Part shown: positions 36,336 to 48,750 of the stretch, piece by piece | How the letters are laid out: every line of letters begins with the position of its first letter | Position numbering within the stretch: position 1 is the first letter of the stretch | Translations under genes and position numbers: made by a program | Assembly: GCF_021028975.2 (NCBI RefSeq) | Contig: NC_059440.1 | Coordinates: 15,624,001 to 15,688,000, forward strand | Reading direction: 5' to 3' | Source: Sphaerodactylus townsendi | Taxonomy: Eukaryota | Length of the DNA stretch: 64,000 bases | Notes under the pieces: generated by a model | Database searches by the model: none | The model's input: only the letters and a program-made list of their open reading frames with translations | What the model was told of the DNA's origin: nothing

Positions 36336-37895
36336 CTGTTTGCTGGGGTTTTTTTCCACCTATGTAATTCCATTTTTCAGCCTGGTTAACATATCATGTG
36401 TTACTAATCCTATTACTTTGCTTATCAGATGATGTACTCCCTTGAGTGTTGTATAATTCACCTGGGTGCTTGATGACAAAGGTGAAGTAGAAAGTAATGT
36501 AAAATTAATAAATACAACATATATGATTTATGACATTATGTGTATATATATAGTGCAATCCTAACAAGAGTTACTCCAGTCTAAACCCATTCAGTTATGT
36601 GCACTTAGACTGGCGTACTCTGCACAGGATTTTGCTGATTGCTGATTTTAAATGCATTTTATATAATATAGAATAATATATATAAAATGTGTAACATATG
36701 TAATGCACATATACATATTCTTTAGAAGATGTGGATCTTGCTTTTCTCATAAAGACTCAAAGGCCTACTATAACTGTGTGTATATATGTAAATCAATGCA
36801 TCTATTTATCTAATGTGTGTTATATTCAGAAGTCACTAGAAGTGGAAGAGTGCATTGTCGTTAAGATGACAAAAGGTTGAATATAGCCTTCAAATTTGTT
36901 GGTCCCTTGTGTGATGCACGATATCTGTTTAGCAATGAAAAGTCCATCTGCTGCATTTTTAAAACAAAAGGCCAGTGGCACCTTAAAGACAAACAGCATT
37001 TATTTCAATATGTTACCCAGACTTTCTTTCAATTAGCTCAGGACATTCTGTTTTATTCTCACAGCAACCTGTGCAATAGGTTAGAAGAATGACCAGCCCA
37101 AGATCACTTCTTGGTTGAGTCAGGATTTGTAGCTGCCTGACTTGCTGCACTGGCTCTTTCTTTCTGGATGTATAGTAATATAATTTAACGTGAACTAGGC
37201 GTGTGCGAATAAGTGTCAATTAGAGGGTTGTTAAAGAACAGCATTGCTTTTAGTGTGGCGTTAGATCTTTCACAGCATATGAATCAAAACATACGAATTT
37301 GAGTCCGCAGGTAAATAAGTTAGTGACAGAAGGCAGCATTTGGGGGTTCTGTTTATATATTTATGACCTTTTGGCCCACTTTTCAGAAAATACAGGTCCA
37401 CAGGCACCAAAATTTGATACAGAATGTTCGGTGCGAAATAGACAGCTGAACATATTGACTTCTGAGGCTTTGCTAACAGGAGTTGTAATGTTGAGCTGAT
37501 ATTTTAAGTTTGTTGCTGTTTTGTCAGCAATGTGTTTATTCACCCTCTTGCATTTAATAGAATTGTATTATTCATATTATAAAACTGTATTAAATACTTG
37601 TAGGTATTTTTAAACAAGCCCAGCATTTGATCTATGGTTGAAAGGTGTGACTGGTTCAAGGTCAACCAGCGGGATTCATGTTTCAGTTGCAATCCTGAGG
37701 AAGGAGCAGTTGTACCACAGCGGGTGTGTGTATGTGCGTGTGTGTGCAGCCATGGCACTGCCACCTCCTAAAAGGCTCACTGCACCATGGCTAGGAACCT
37801 GACTCAACGCTGCCTCTCCCCTAGTGAAAGTGGCATATGAAGCTCAACAGGCTGCACGGCCAATTTTGCTGGCATAAGTCCATGCTAGCAAATGG

Positions 37896-38038
37896 NNNNN
37901 NNNNNNNNNNNNNNNNNNNNNNNNNNNNNNNNNNNNNNNNNNNNNNNNNNNNNNNNNNNNNNNNNNNNNNNNNNNNNNNNNNNNNNNNNNNNNNNNNNNN
38001 NNNNNNNNNNNNNNNNNNNNNNNNNNNNNNNNNNNNNN
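37896..38038. other. Assembly gap (143 N)
   Basis: N run. Confidence 1.
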
Positions 38039-38039
38039 T

Positions 38040-38245
38040 TTCCCTTCCCACAACAAACACCCTGTGAAATAGGTGGGGCTGAGAGAGCTCCAAAGAACTG
38101 TGACTAGCCCAACTGGCATGTGTGGGAGTGCACAAGCTAATCTGGATCCCCAGATAAGCCTGCACAGCGCAAGTGGCAGAGAGGGGAATCAAACCTGGTT
38201 CTCCAGATTAGAGTGCATCTGCTCTTAACCACTGCACCACGCTGG
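38040..38245 (-). mobile_element. tRNA-derived SINE, cut by an assembly gap
   Basis: Family head and body on the - strand. Confidence 0.75.
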
Positions 38246-38934
38246 CAGAGTTCAGGAAGCCGACTAAAGGTGCCCCTGGAACATCCCTTTGGTGTCACAG
38301 TGGGCTCCTGTGCCGGAGAAGCACTGCCATCATAGTTGCCCTGGTAATCAGGTGTTGTGGTACTGCACAGATCCCCAGCACTGGCATATGTACCCCTGCA
38401 CTGGCGCAAATGCCCCTTACAACAGCACGTGCAACATTTACATCAGTGCCGGGTCATGATGCCTCCTACGTGGTTTCAACCCCCCCCCCCCTGGATTGCA
38501 ATGATATTGTGTTGATTTGAGCCTGCATCTCTTTGTACTGTCACTCTGACAGCCGTACAGGATCCTGAATAACGATCCTGAGCTAAAGAGGGTGGTCAGA
38601 AAAAGAGTGAGCACCAAAGGAGGGTGTATGAGACAGAGAGGGCCACTGTGGTGTGATGGTAAAAATGTCAGACTAGCATCTGGGAAACCAGATTCACATC
38701 CCCCACGCTGCCATGGAAATTTGCTGAATGACCTTGGGCCCACCCCACAGATTCAGTCTAACATACTTCACAGGGTTGTTGTGGGATACAATAAAAGAGA
38801 GGCAGATGATACTTCGGGTCCCCATTGGGGAGAAAGTTGGGCTATAAATAAGACAAATGCAGTAAAATAATTTATTTTTAGTTATTTATCATCCATCTTG
38901 TTCATTGAAACCTAAGGTGGATTATTTTTTGCAT

Positions 38935-39125
38935 CCAGTCAACTTGTGGGACCCCCAAAGGGGTTTCAGGGCAATGGAGGTTCAGATATGATTAGCTATT
39001 GCTTACCTCTGTGTAGAAATTCTAGACTCCCTTGGTACTTTCCATCTATGTAGTAACCAAGGCTGACTATACTTAGCTTCTGAGGTCTGGTGAGATTGGG
39101 CTGGCCCAAGCTTGATCCAGGTCAG
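38935..39125 (-). mobile_element. 5S rRNA-derived SINE (decayed)
   Basis: gtagtaaccaaggctgactatacttagcttctgaggtctggtgagattggg is a decayed 5S reverse complement. Confidence 0.55.
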
Positions 39126-40019
39126 GTTACAGAATTATAAAACAGTCTAATAAAGAACAATAAATTCGCAAAGTCAACGATACAATAAAACTGGGCTGCA
39201 CGGAGCAATTTTTAACAAGCGCAGCGCAACTGGATCACGCAAAATTAGAAAACGTCCAGCAAACGATGCACTAAGTTGTTGAACTAGCACGGCATGCTTC
39301 CTTCAGGGGCACAGCCACCCTGGAAATGAGCCAGCTGGGTGCAAATATTTGAAAAACTATCCCAAACAAATAATTTTAGGAGGAGACAGGAGAGAGCCGG
39401 TGTGTGGGCTAGAATATTTTCTTCCATCCCTATATTGCTTGAGGCCTCTTGTCTGTGCCTGACCAGCAACTGAGATCTAAGGCTCTCCCGCTGGGTCCGA
39501 AGCCGAGATGACAAACAAGATCAAAGCCAGCATCTCCTGGTGCTTTCAAAGCACTTCCCCTCTCCAGAGCTCTTTGCTGGCATGAGCTGTAGCCAGAAAG
39601 CGTTTGCCAACGCAACGCCCACCGAAGAAGCCACGTAGAACTATTGAACTTAACTGAGGCTACATTGTCAAGATCGGAGCAGGTTTGGTTTCCTGGGGTA
39701 ATAATTTGCAATGAAGCCATTCTGTGGCTTTTCTTCTCGCCATTGACCGGTTGGCGCCAGGTAAAATTGCCTTTTCATGTTAAGGGGGGGAGGGCATAAG
39801 GGTACTGTTGTTGACTATCACCATGATTGAAGAATGGACTTTTAAATACTCTTTCTAGGGCCAATATAAGTGTTTCGCTTTGAAAAATAATTTCTGTGGA
39901 CAGCCATTGTGGTGTAGCGATTCAGGTGGCTGACTAGGGCCTGGGAAATGCAGGTTTGAATCCCCACTTGGACCAAGGAAGCTTGCTGGGTGATCTTGGG
40001 CCAGTCTCAGCCCTGACCC

Positions 40020-40160
40020 TGGCAAGGATTTGGATGGGAGACCTCTCAGGAATATCAGGGTTGTGATATGGAGCCAGGCAATGCCAAGTCACCTCTGAAC
40101 ATCTTTTGCCTGGAAAACCCTATCGGGTTGCCCCAGATCAGCTATAACTTGACGGCAAAC
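40020..40160 (+). mobile_element. 5S rRNA-derived SINE fragment
   Basis: ttggatgggagacc (5S box C region) plus tail gaaaaccct..aacttgacggca. Confidence 0.6.
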
Positions 40161-40974
40161 AAACAAACCCTGAAACTTTCTCTGGAGACCATCACTTACG
40201 ATGGTGACCCAAATATGATTTCAGTGTATTTTTGTTTCGTGTGATTATGCTGCAGAAGCTACGGTCAACTGTGACTTCTCTGTATATCTGTTTGCACAAA
40301 CTCTCCTTATTTTGGTTACTACTATCCCTTATTCCAAAGATTTGGGACAGTTTGCAAAGAAAAAGAAAATGGCTCTAAGACTGTAGCAAAGTAAAATTAA
40401 ATGGTATCCAATCCACTGACATTTCTCCAGACTTTAAACCTGGTTTCCAAAGGCTAGCCCACACAATTCCTTATTGCATTGCTCACCAAAGGTGCTCAGG
40501 TTCAGACTTGGCAGAGCCTCTAGCAGGAAGGATTTTTGGGGCTGGTGGAGGTTCTAAGAGCCGTTCCTTTTTTCACTTTTGGTGGATATCCAAGATGGTA
40601 AGGGCACAAGGTTCGAAGCAGTCTCTAGCGATGTTGGCTGGGAGCTATTTAGTGCTTTATAGGATATCCTAGAAGTTTCACAGTCTGTTCCCCAAAGACA
40701 CCAGTGGGCTGTTCATGGGGTTATCGAGGTGTGTTCTTTGAAAATAGTAGGTGTGGTCTGATAAGTGGCACGCTCATCTTCTGTTAATGGAGCCCCACTA
40801 ACACCATGGAGTGACTTGCATGGGTGCAGTTCCAGCATTAGCCCATAATAGGCAACCAGAAAAAGATCCCTGTCTACTAAGCTTCTCTCAGGTGCGAGCC
40901 ATTCAGAGACAAGCCATTTAGCCATCAGTCTGTGTGTGGGTAGCCACTCCTGTATTCAGGGCCACTTACCAGAG

Positions 40975-41425
40975 AGCCAGTGTGGTGTAGTGGTTAAGAG
41001 CAGGTGGATTCTAATCTGGAGAACTGGGTTTGATTCTCCACCCCTCCAGCTGAGTGGCAGAAGCTGATCTGGTGAACCAGATGTGTTTCCACACTCCTAG
41101 ATTCCTGCTGGGTGACCTTGGGCTAATCCAGGGGTAGGGAACCTGCGGCTCTCCAGATGTTCAGAAACTACAATTCCCATCAGCCTCTGTCAGCATGGCC
41201 AATTGGCCATGCTGGTAGGGGCTGATGGGAATTGTAGTTCCTGAACATCTGGAGAGCCGCAGGTTCCCTACCCCTGGGCTAATCACAGTTCTCTCAGGAC
41301 TCTCTCAGCCCCACCTACCTCACCAGGTGTATGTTGTGGGGAGCGGAAGGGAAAGGAGCTTGTAAGCCACCTGGAGTCTCCTTACAGGAAAGGTGAGATA
41401 TAATTCCAAACTTTTCTTCTTCTCC
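40975..41425 (+). mobile_element. tRNA-derived SINE split by a hAT MITE
   Basis: Complete head and tail. Confidence 0.85.
41129..41276. mobile_element. Palindromic hAT MITE nested in a SINE
   Basis: 148 bp near-perfect palindrome centred on CCAATTGG; perfect 8 bp TSD GGCTAATC. Confidence 0.92.
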
Positions 41426-42109
41426 TTACGATGTTGTCACGAAGGTGGTTTGATCCACACGCAGACAGTAAAATAAACACTCATGCCTCTTTGTAACATC
41501 ACATATGCAGCACCCCTAGTATAAATATGTGCTAGTAACTGGGAGAGCCTGGTAATATATTTTGGACTTGACTGTGTGGTTGTTTTGGAATTCTGCTTGG
41601 TTGAACCACTCATATTCCTGTCCTGACAAAGTTCTGCCCAACAAGGAATGATACATGGCATGAAAGAGAGAACTTTTTGCTTCTCCTTGCATAATCGTAA
41701 GAGCACCCAATTAAATTGTTTGGCAGTAGATTGTAGGATTGTCACAATGAAGCCCTCTGTTACACAGCGCATGCAAATTGTGGAAGTCGCTATCACAAGA
41801 CACTGTGATGGATGCTCATTTAGAGGGCTTTAAAAAGGAACTAGATGCATCCACAGATTGTATGTCAACATTTCAGAGGCAGTTTACTCTTGAACGCTGG
41901 CTGCTGCAAGAAGCGGTAAAATGGAGATGCTGCTAACGTCCATGTTCTTCTTGTGGACTTCCAAAGGGCATCTGGTTGGTCACTGTGGGAATCAGGACAC
42001 TGATCAAGCAGGATACTTCTTATTTTCTTAATCTGGGGCCCGAGAACAGTTTTGAATGAAACTATTGTGCATGGCTGCCCGTGACAAGGGCAGTAGCACC
42101 CACCTAAGT

Positions 42110-42191
42110 TAACAGTGCAACGCTTGCAACCGGTATTGTGGGTTTTCTGCTAACAGTGCAACGCTTGCCACCAATATTGTGGGTTTTCTGC
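42110..42191. repeat. 41 bp tandem duplication
   Basis: taacagtgcaacgcttgc(a/c)acc..tattgtgggttttctgc, two copies. Confidence 0.9.
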
Positions 42192-42347
42192 ATGAACCAC
42201 GTTTCATAAATGCTTCCCCTGCTTCCTTCCCCAGGTTTGCCTTCAGACTTTGTCACTGTTGAGAAAGAGAGATATTATTGCACGGATAGGGTACTTTTCA
42301 TGCAAAACTGTGAGGCTGATGAGTGAAATTTTGTCTACTTCCTCTAC

Positions 42348-42350
<3 letters not shown>

Positions 42351-42383
<33 letters not shown>
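42351..42383. repeat. (TG)n microsatellite
   Basis: Seen directly. Confidence 0.95.
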
Positions 42384-42387
<4 letters not shown>

Positions 42388-42450
42388 ATAAATTTTACAG
42401 TAATAACTATGTTGTTCTGTCCTAGCAAAAATAAACAGGACTCTTGTGGT

Positions 42451-42720
42451 ACAGTCACCCCTTGGGTTTCGTCGCCTTCGGTTTTTGCTGGTTTCGGGTT
42501 TTGCCGGTCGCTCCTGGCTGTTTTTTTTTTACCTTGGGTTTCGCTGGTCGTCTCGGGCTTTATTTACACAAACGGCGTAAATTTAGGACTCTTGTGGTAG
42601 CCGTTTGCGTAAATTTGCTACATTGTTTGCATAGCGCGTGTGCATACGGAGTAGCCTCGGGTTTCGCCGGTTTCGGGTTTTGCTGAGCGTCGCTGGACGG
42701 ATTACCGGCGAAACCCGAGT
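42451..42720. mobile_element. Probable Tigger/pogo-like MITE, right end decayed
   Basis: TA|CAGTCACCCCT start; repeated GGGTTTCGC motifs with inverted GGCGAAACCCGAG at about 42707. Confidence 0.45.
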
Positions 42721-43144
42721 TATTTTAGAGGCCAACAACAATTATTCCATCATTAGCTTTCATGAACTTCTACAGATGCAACAGGTGGATTTTCGCTATG
42801 CAGTCAGCTTATGTTGGGGTACTGACTCCATAGTGAGAATCCACTCGTTCCATATAAAAAAGGTGGGTTTTAGTTGATGAAATTAGTACGGTATTTATTT
42901 GCTTTTAGTCCACTTATCAGTGAAGTGTTCCCAAGGAGCCAGCCTGGTGTTGTGCTTAGAGTGTCAGATTAGGATCTGGGAGACCCAGGTTCGAATCTCC
43001 ATTCTGCCCTGGAAGTTTGCAGGGCGACCTTGGGCCCTTCATACACTCTCAGCCAAGCGTAGCTCACTGGACTGTTTTGAGGCTAAAACGGAGGAGAAGA
43101 GGATAATGTCAGCTGCTAGAAGAAGAAGAGGAAGAGTAGTAGTA

Positions 43145-43570
43145 GTAGTAGTATGGATTTATGCCCCACCTTTCTCTCCTGTAAGGAGACTCGAGGTGGC
43201 CTACAAGCTCCTTTCCCTTCCTCTCCCCACAACAGACACCTTGTGAGGTCGACGGGGCTTAGAGAGTTCAGAGAGAACTGTGACTGGCCCAAGGCCACCC
43301 AGCAGGAATGTAGGGCTCATTCCACACATGCAGAATAATGCGCTTTCAAACTGCTTTCAGTGCTCTTTGAAGCTGTGCGGAATAGTAAAATCCACTTGCA
43401 GACAGTTGTTAAAGCGGTTTGAAAACACATTTTTTTCATGTGCGGAAGGGGCCTAGGAGTGTGGAAACACATCTGGTTCACCAGATAAGCCTCCGCCACT
43501 CAGGTGGAGGAGTGAGGAATCAAACCAGGTTCTCCAGATTAGAAACCACCTGCTCTTAACCATTATACCA
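43145..43570 (-). mobile_element. tRNA-derived SINE split by a Harbinger MITE
   Basis: Complete; tail-to-tail with an older SINE at about 42937-43110. Confidence 0.8.
43314..43453. mobile_element. PIF/Harbinger-type MITE nested in a SINE
   Basis: TSD TAG; interrupts the SINE at 43145-43570. Confidence 0.85.
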
Positions 43571-44712
43571 CATGGCTAAATAAATAAAATAAAGAGCAAT
43601 AGGAAAGAACGATGAAAGAACAGTCCTAAAACCAGTACAACAATATGGAATAAATAAAAAGCAAGGGATAACCACCATGAACTGCAGCTGCAAACAATAA
43701 CTGTAGATGTAACTGGTGGATTGGCATGGGCTGCCTGAGGTGGCCAGGAAGCACCTGCACATCTATCATTCTGCAAACCACATGAAACAGTTGTTCAGGG
43801 TGGCATTTTTTTAGTCCTATTCCCCAGTCATTTCAGCCTCAGATCGGGCAGGTAACATGTGTCAAATTCCTTCATGACAGCATGGAATGGCAAGGAGAAT
43901 GAATTCTGCAATCACAACCCTAGGTGTTTTACAAGTGTGTGCTCTCTTTCTCTCTCATTCTGGGAGTTCTCCTGAACACTGTGCCCTCAAAACTAAGGTG
44001 TGTAAATAGTGCTTTTTCATGTTCAGCCACGTTTGCATATCTCCTAGGTGTAGCTCTGGCAGAAACAGAGTGTTTTTGGCATGGATGAATGGTTGAGGAA
44101 CAATAAAAAGAAGAGAAGGTACTGGGTGAGGTGGTGGCTCAGTGGCAGAGCCCTTTCTTTGCCTTCTGCAGGTCTCAGATTCAGGCCCCGGCATTTGTAT
44201 AAGGATCTGAGCAGAGCGCTAAGACTTGGAGGATGGTTTTCGGGTCTCTCCTAGGTTAGAGAGAGAGAGAGCTTGAAGGCATTCGTTGCAGCAGGATCGG
44301 CCATGTTACTTCTGTCCTTCAGCATTCTGAAAAAAATATTGCCCGTTTACTGTCCTGGTTTCTAGTTCTTTGGCTGGTTTGGATTAACAGTATGTAGTTT
44401 TGTTTAGAATGGCTCTTCTCAGCAGGTCTGGGGTAAGATATTTGGGGAGCTGGAGTGCAAAATCCAAATGGCCCACTCTCAGGAACATGAGGCATAATCC
44501 GTTAGGAAGTTCTCCTGGGCAAGCTTAATGGAAATGAAGGGGAGCTGGCATCTTTTTCAATGCCGCTCACTCGGTAGGACTTCCTGATGGAATCTGTCAT
44601 GGGCCAGATCTGTCCACCATTCTGCTCCTAATTGCAGTTAAAATGTGAACGTACCAAAGTACCTTGTATGAAGGGTCTTCTACATGGTCTTAGACAGAGG
44701 GTGGTTTTTACT

Positions 44713-45012
44713 TGAAGAAGAAGAAGAAGAGTTGGATTTATATCGCCCCTTTCTCTCCTATAGGAGACTCAAAGGGGCTTACAGACTCCTTTCCCTTCCT
44801 CCCTCACAACAAACACCTTGTGGGGTAGGTGGGGCTGAGAGAGCTCAGAAGAACTGTGACCAGCCCAAGGTCACCCAGCTGGCGTGTGTTGGAGTGCACA
44901 GGCTAATCTGAATTCCCCACCCAAGCCTCCACAGCTCAGGCGGCAGAGCGGGGAATCAAACCCGGTTCCTCCAGATTAGAGTACATCTGCTCTTAACCAC
45001 TATGCCACTGCT
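44713..45012 (-). mobile_element. tRNA-derived SINE (Squam3-like)
   Basis: Complete copy with (CTT)n tail. Confidence 0.85.
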
Positions 45013-45508
45013 GCTCCCCACCTGCCTGTATTCCTTCAAGTGGAAACCCTAAGAGTTCCCAAAGATCTCTTTCCTGATCCAGCTGTCTCCACTTTCCCTC
45101 CAGGAAGGCCCATCTCTGCTCCACAAATACAAAATGTTAGTTTTGGGCAAACAAATCCTTTTTTAATTTTTTGCATCTCATAACGCAAGCTACGCTGTAA
45201 GCAAGATGCAACGCTAAGAAATCCACAAAGTATGTAATATTGCCATAATTAAAGACAGGGCCCCATTTTATTCTGCACTTGCTCATCCAGTCTGCTGTTA
45301 TTCCGACAAAGAGAGGATTGCCAGTTAGTGATAAATAACATTCTGAGAATCTGACTTCCCTTCCCATAGATGTTTATATAGTGTTAATTTTGGCAGACAG
45401 ATTCTGTGCTGCAGGACACAAATATTGATGGGTGGGATAAAGCTGGGCTGGATTGTTTCTCCTAAAAGCTGGCTTTTCTTAAAACATCCCTGCAGCTTGT
45501 CATTCATC

Positions 45509-45736
45509 ATGAGCACCGAGTTGAATGTCCCCCCGGACCCGCCCGCCTCTGCCTGCTGTACGGAGCCTGCTGCCAAAGGCATGGACTACCGGGATTGGGT
45601 CCGTCGCAGCTACCTGGAGCTGGTTACTTCCAATCACCATTCCGTCCAGGCTCTCTCCTGGCGGAAACTGTACCTGAGTCGAGCCAAACTGAAAGCTTCC
45701 AGCAGGACCTCTGCGTTGCTCTCTGGATTTGCCATG
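45509..45736 (+). CDS. ORAI2: ORAI2 CRAC channel subunit, first coding exon (exon starts at 45496)
   Basis: [64 protein letters not shown]; donor ATG|GTAGGT. Confidence 0.97.
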
Positions 45737-48207
45737 GTAGGTTCTTCAGTTGCTTGCTTTCGAAGCTGACGTGGCTTTGTGGCCTGTTTCTCTTAATGGG
45801 GGCGTTTATCATTCTACGGAGCAGGAAGTTGCACAAGATCCCAGATCCCATTTAATGGGTGCTGGTTGGGAGCTAGATTCTTAGACATCTGAGTTGACCC
45901 AGGTTTGGAGGCATTCTGAAACAGCAGCATAAAGCACCAAATTTGCAGGCAGCATGCCAGACCCTCCTATGCATAAGGACAGGGGCAGAATTTAGATCTT
46001 GTTTTGAGTCGAGTTAACACCTGAAAGACCAAAAAGGTTTATGGGGTCTAAGCTTTCAAGAGTCAAAAGCTCCCTTCATCAGATCTGAGCTGCTACTGGA
46101 ATCTCCTTCTGAAGACCAGCATGGCCACTGTCTGAAACAGAACGTTAAGGGGACTGTGCATCTTTCCAGCGCTGCTGGGCACATCACCCCAAAATGTAAA
46201 CCATTTACCTGTGATCCCCTGCAGCTTTCCCAGCCTATCTCTGGAAGAGCTTCAGAAGTTTTAGCAGCCACAGTTTATTAGCATGTGACTGCCAGAACAC
46301 TGCCAGGAAAGGGACCATCTGCGAGACATTCCAAGAAACCACAGAACATGAATTTCCCCAATTTGTTTGGACAAGAAGCAAGAGTCTGCCTCAATCTTAC
46401 ACCCGTATCAGATTGGAAATAGGTAGCCAGAAGACCTGTTTGTGGCAGGAGGGAGTCTTTGAGATGTGCTGAGATAAGGATGAGGAACTGTGTCTGTTCA
46501 AGGAGTCACTGGGGCAGTGTGTTCCAGGCTACTGCTGCCAACTGGCATATTTTACTAACCCGATTAGCGAGAACGGCAAACCTTTTGATGGTGGAGGGCA
46601 GACCCAGATAGTTTCCTGCACTTCAGCATGGTGATCCTTTCCAAAATAATCTCCACCAGGAACGTATTTCCATGTTGATTTGTCTACTGAGGCTGCCTTG
46701 CGTTCTGCAGGAAATGTCGGTAAGCAGTCTAGGTAGCTCACGCAGGGTAATGGCCTGGCTGGCTTGAAGCCTAGCCATAACCGTGCATGCATCCTTGAGC
46801 TCACTTCATCACAGGCCTACCGCATCACGTTGCAAGGAAAAATATGAAGCGGCAGTAGACACACTCCTTCCAAGGGAGAGAAGGTCTCAGGCCCAATGCC
46901 TGCCATTTGCTGTAGTTAGAAACTCTGCAGTCTCATGTCTTCACTCAACTAGGTGCTCAGTCAATTAACAAATGGGGGAGGGAGCCTATGTATGTGGGGT
47001 CTCAGGAAACTGCAAGGGTTTTGTTCGTTTTGTTTTTGTTTTAAGGCTGAAATTCTGCTTCATGAACAGAAAGAAATTTGTCCGAGGCAGGCAAACCCTT
47101 GGGCAGCCGCAAGTCTCCCATTCCTTATATCCTGATTGTTCATCTTGGCTGAAATCTCAAACGCCGCTTCAGAGTGTTTTCAAAGCAGTGGGTGTGATTC
47201 TCACTCCCTCCATCACACGCACACAAACACACATTTTTTTTAACTGAAGGCTTTTGAACTGGGATTTATTGATACCTGTATGTTTTCGCGAACTATTGTC
47301 CAAACAACTTTTGGGGGAGAATTTTGTGCGGGAAAACTGCACGGAAAGAAAGAACTAGAAAGCCTTCTCCCTCTACATTGGTCTTCTCAGCCACTCCTAA
47401 ATCACAGGCCGTGTATGCATTCATCTGTCTAACCAAAAAAAAAAAAGATCTGGAAAAGAATGTCAGAACTTAATGTGATGTTCTGCCTGATAGCGTGGGT
47501 TGAAGCTTTGTTTCTCACCCATTTTATTTATTTTAATTTTATTATATTTATACCCCACCCAATTCCTGGCTGGAGCTGGGGTCAGGGTGGCTTTCAAGAA
47601 CAGGCTAAAACCAATACAAGCGTAGGTTAAACAAATAGGCACTACAATGTAAGTACAAAACTAAAACAATTATATTCCTGCTTCTTAAAATCAAATACAG
47701 ATGGCCCCATTAGTAACCCCCAAGCCTACTACTTCTCTGCTATTCATTAGTTATTTATTAAGGGAAGAGGGAGAGACAGTGGGGGAGACAGAATGGTCTA
47801 ACAAAAATTAAGATGATGCCGATGGTAACAATTTAACACCTGTTGTCAGTACTGGTGTGGGTAGCCAGCTACTACAGATGGAATACTCACTCATGGAATG
47901 GCCTCAACCAAAAGCCCGGTAGGAACATCTCTGTCTTATGGGCCCTGTGGAACTGGTCATGGCCCCACAGGCCCCTGGTGTCAGCTGACAGAGTTCCACC
48001 AGGCTGGAGCCAGGGCCAAAAAAGCCCTGGCTCTGGTTGAGGCCAACCAGATGTCCTTAGGGTCAGGGACCACCAGCAGATTTCCGTCAGTTGACCAAAG
48101 TATCCCCCACGGGTGATCTGGAGCATGGTCCTGCATTAGCAGTTCTAGCAAATGTGTGTTTCAGGGAGCTGAGCAAATATTCAGCAGGTGGTGTCGATGC
48201 TTTTCAG

Positions 48208-48750
48208 GTGGCCATGGTTGAAGTCCAGTTGGAGATGCAGTACCAATACCCTCAGATGCTGCTGATCGCCTTCAGCGCCTGCACCACCGTTTTGGTTGCC
48301 GTCCACCTCTTCGCCCTCCTGATCAGCACCTGCATCCTGCCCAACGTGGAAGCCGTAAGTAACATCCACAACCTGAACTCCATCAGCGAGTCCCCCCACG
48401 AGCGCATGCATCCTTACATCGAGTTGGCGTGGGGCTTCTCTACCGTCTTGGGGATCCTCCTCTTCCTCGCCGAGGTTGTCCTTCTCTGCTGGATCAAATT
48501 CCTGCCGGTGGACTCCGTTTTGAAAAACGACACTGCCGTCCAAAAGCCGAGCAGCCACACGGGCTGGCAGGCGGCCCTCATCTCCACCATGATCATGGTC
48601 CCTGTGGGGATTATCTTTGTCATCTTCACCATCCATTTCTACCGGTCGCTCGTCCGTCACAAGACTGAACGTCACAACCGGGAGATTGAAGAACTTCACA
48701 AACTGAAAGTGCAGCTGGATGGGCACGACAGGGGACTGCAGGTCGTGTGA
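48208..48750 (+). CDS. ORAI2: ORAI2 last coding exon (end of TM1 to C-terminus)
   Basis: VAMVEVQL (selectivity-filter Glu)..[62 protein letters not shown]. Total 256 aa. Confidence 0.97.
   Translation: MAMVEVQLEMQYQYPQMLLIAFSACTTVLVAVHLFALLISTCILPNVEAVSNIHNLNSISESPHERMHPYIELAWGFSTVLGILLFLAEVVLLCWIKFLPVDSVLKNDTAVQKPSSHTGWQAALISTMIMVPVGIIFVIFTIHFYRSLVRHKTERHNREIEELHKLKVQLDGHDRGLQVV

Noticed and set aside
42235-42290. Possible extra ORAI2 5' UTR exon (cttccttccccAG acceptor)
   Set aside because: The donor is weak or ambiguous and cannot be supported without RNA data.
48181-48726. 181 aa antisense ORF
   Set aside because: Mirror of the GC3-rich ORAI2 coding exon.
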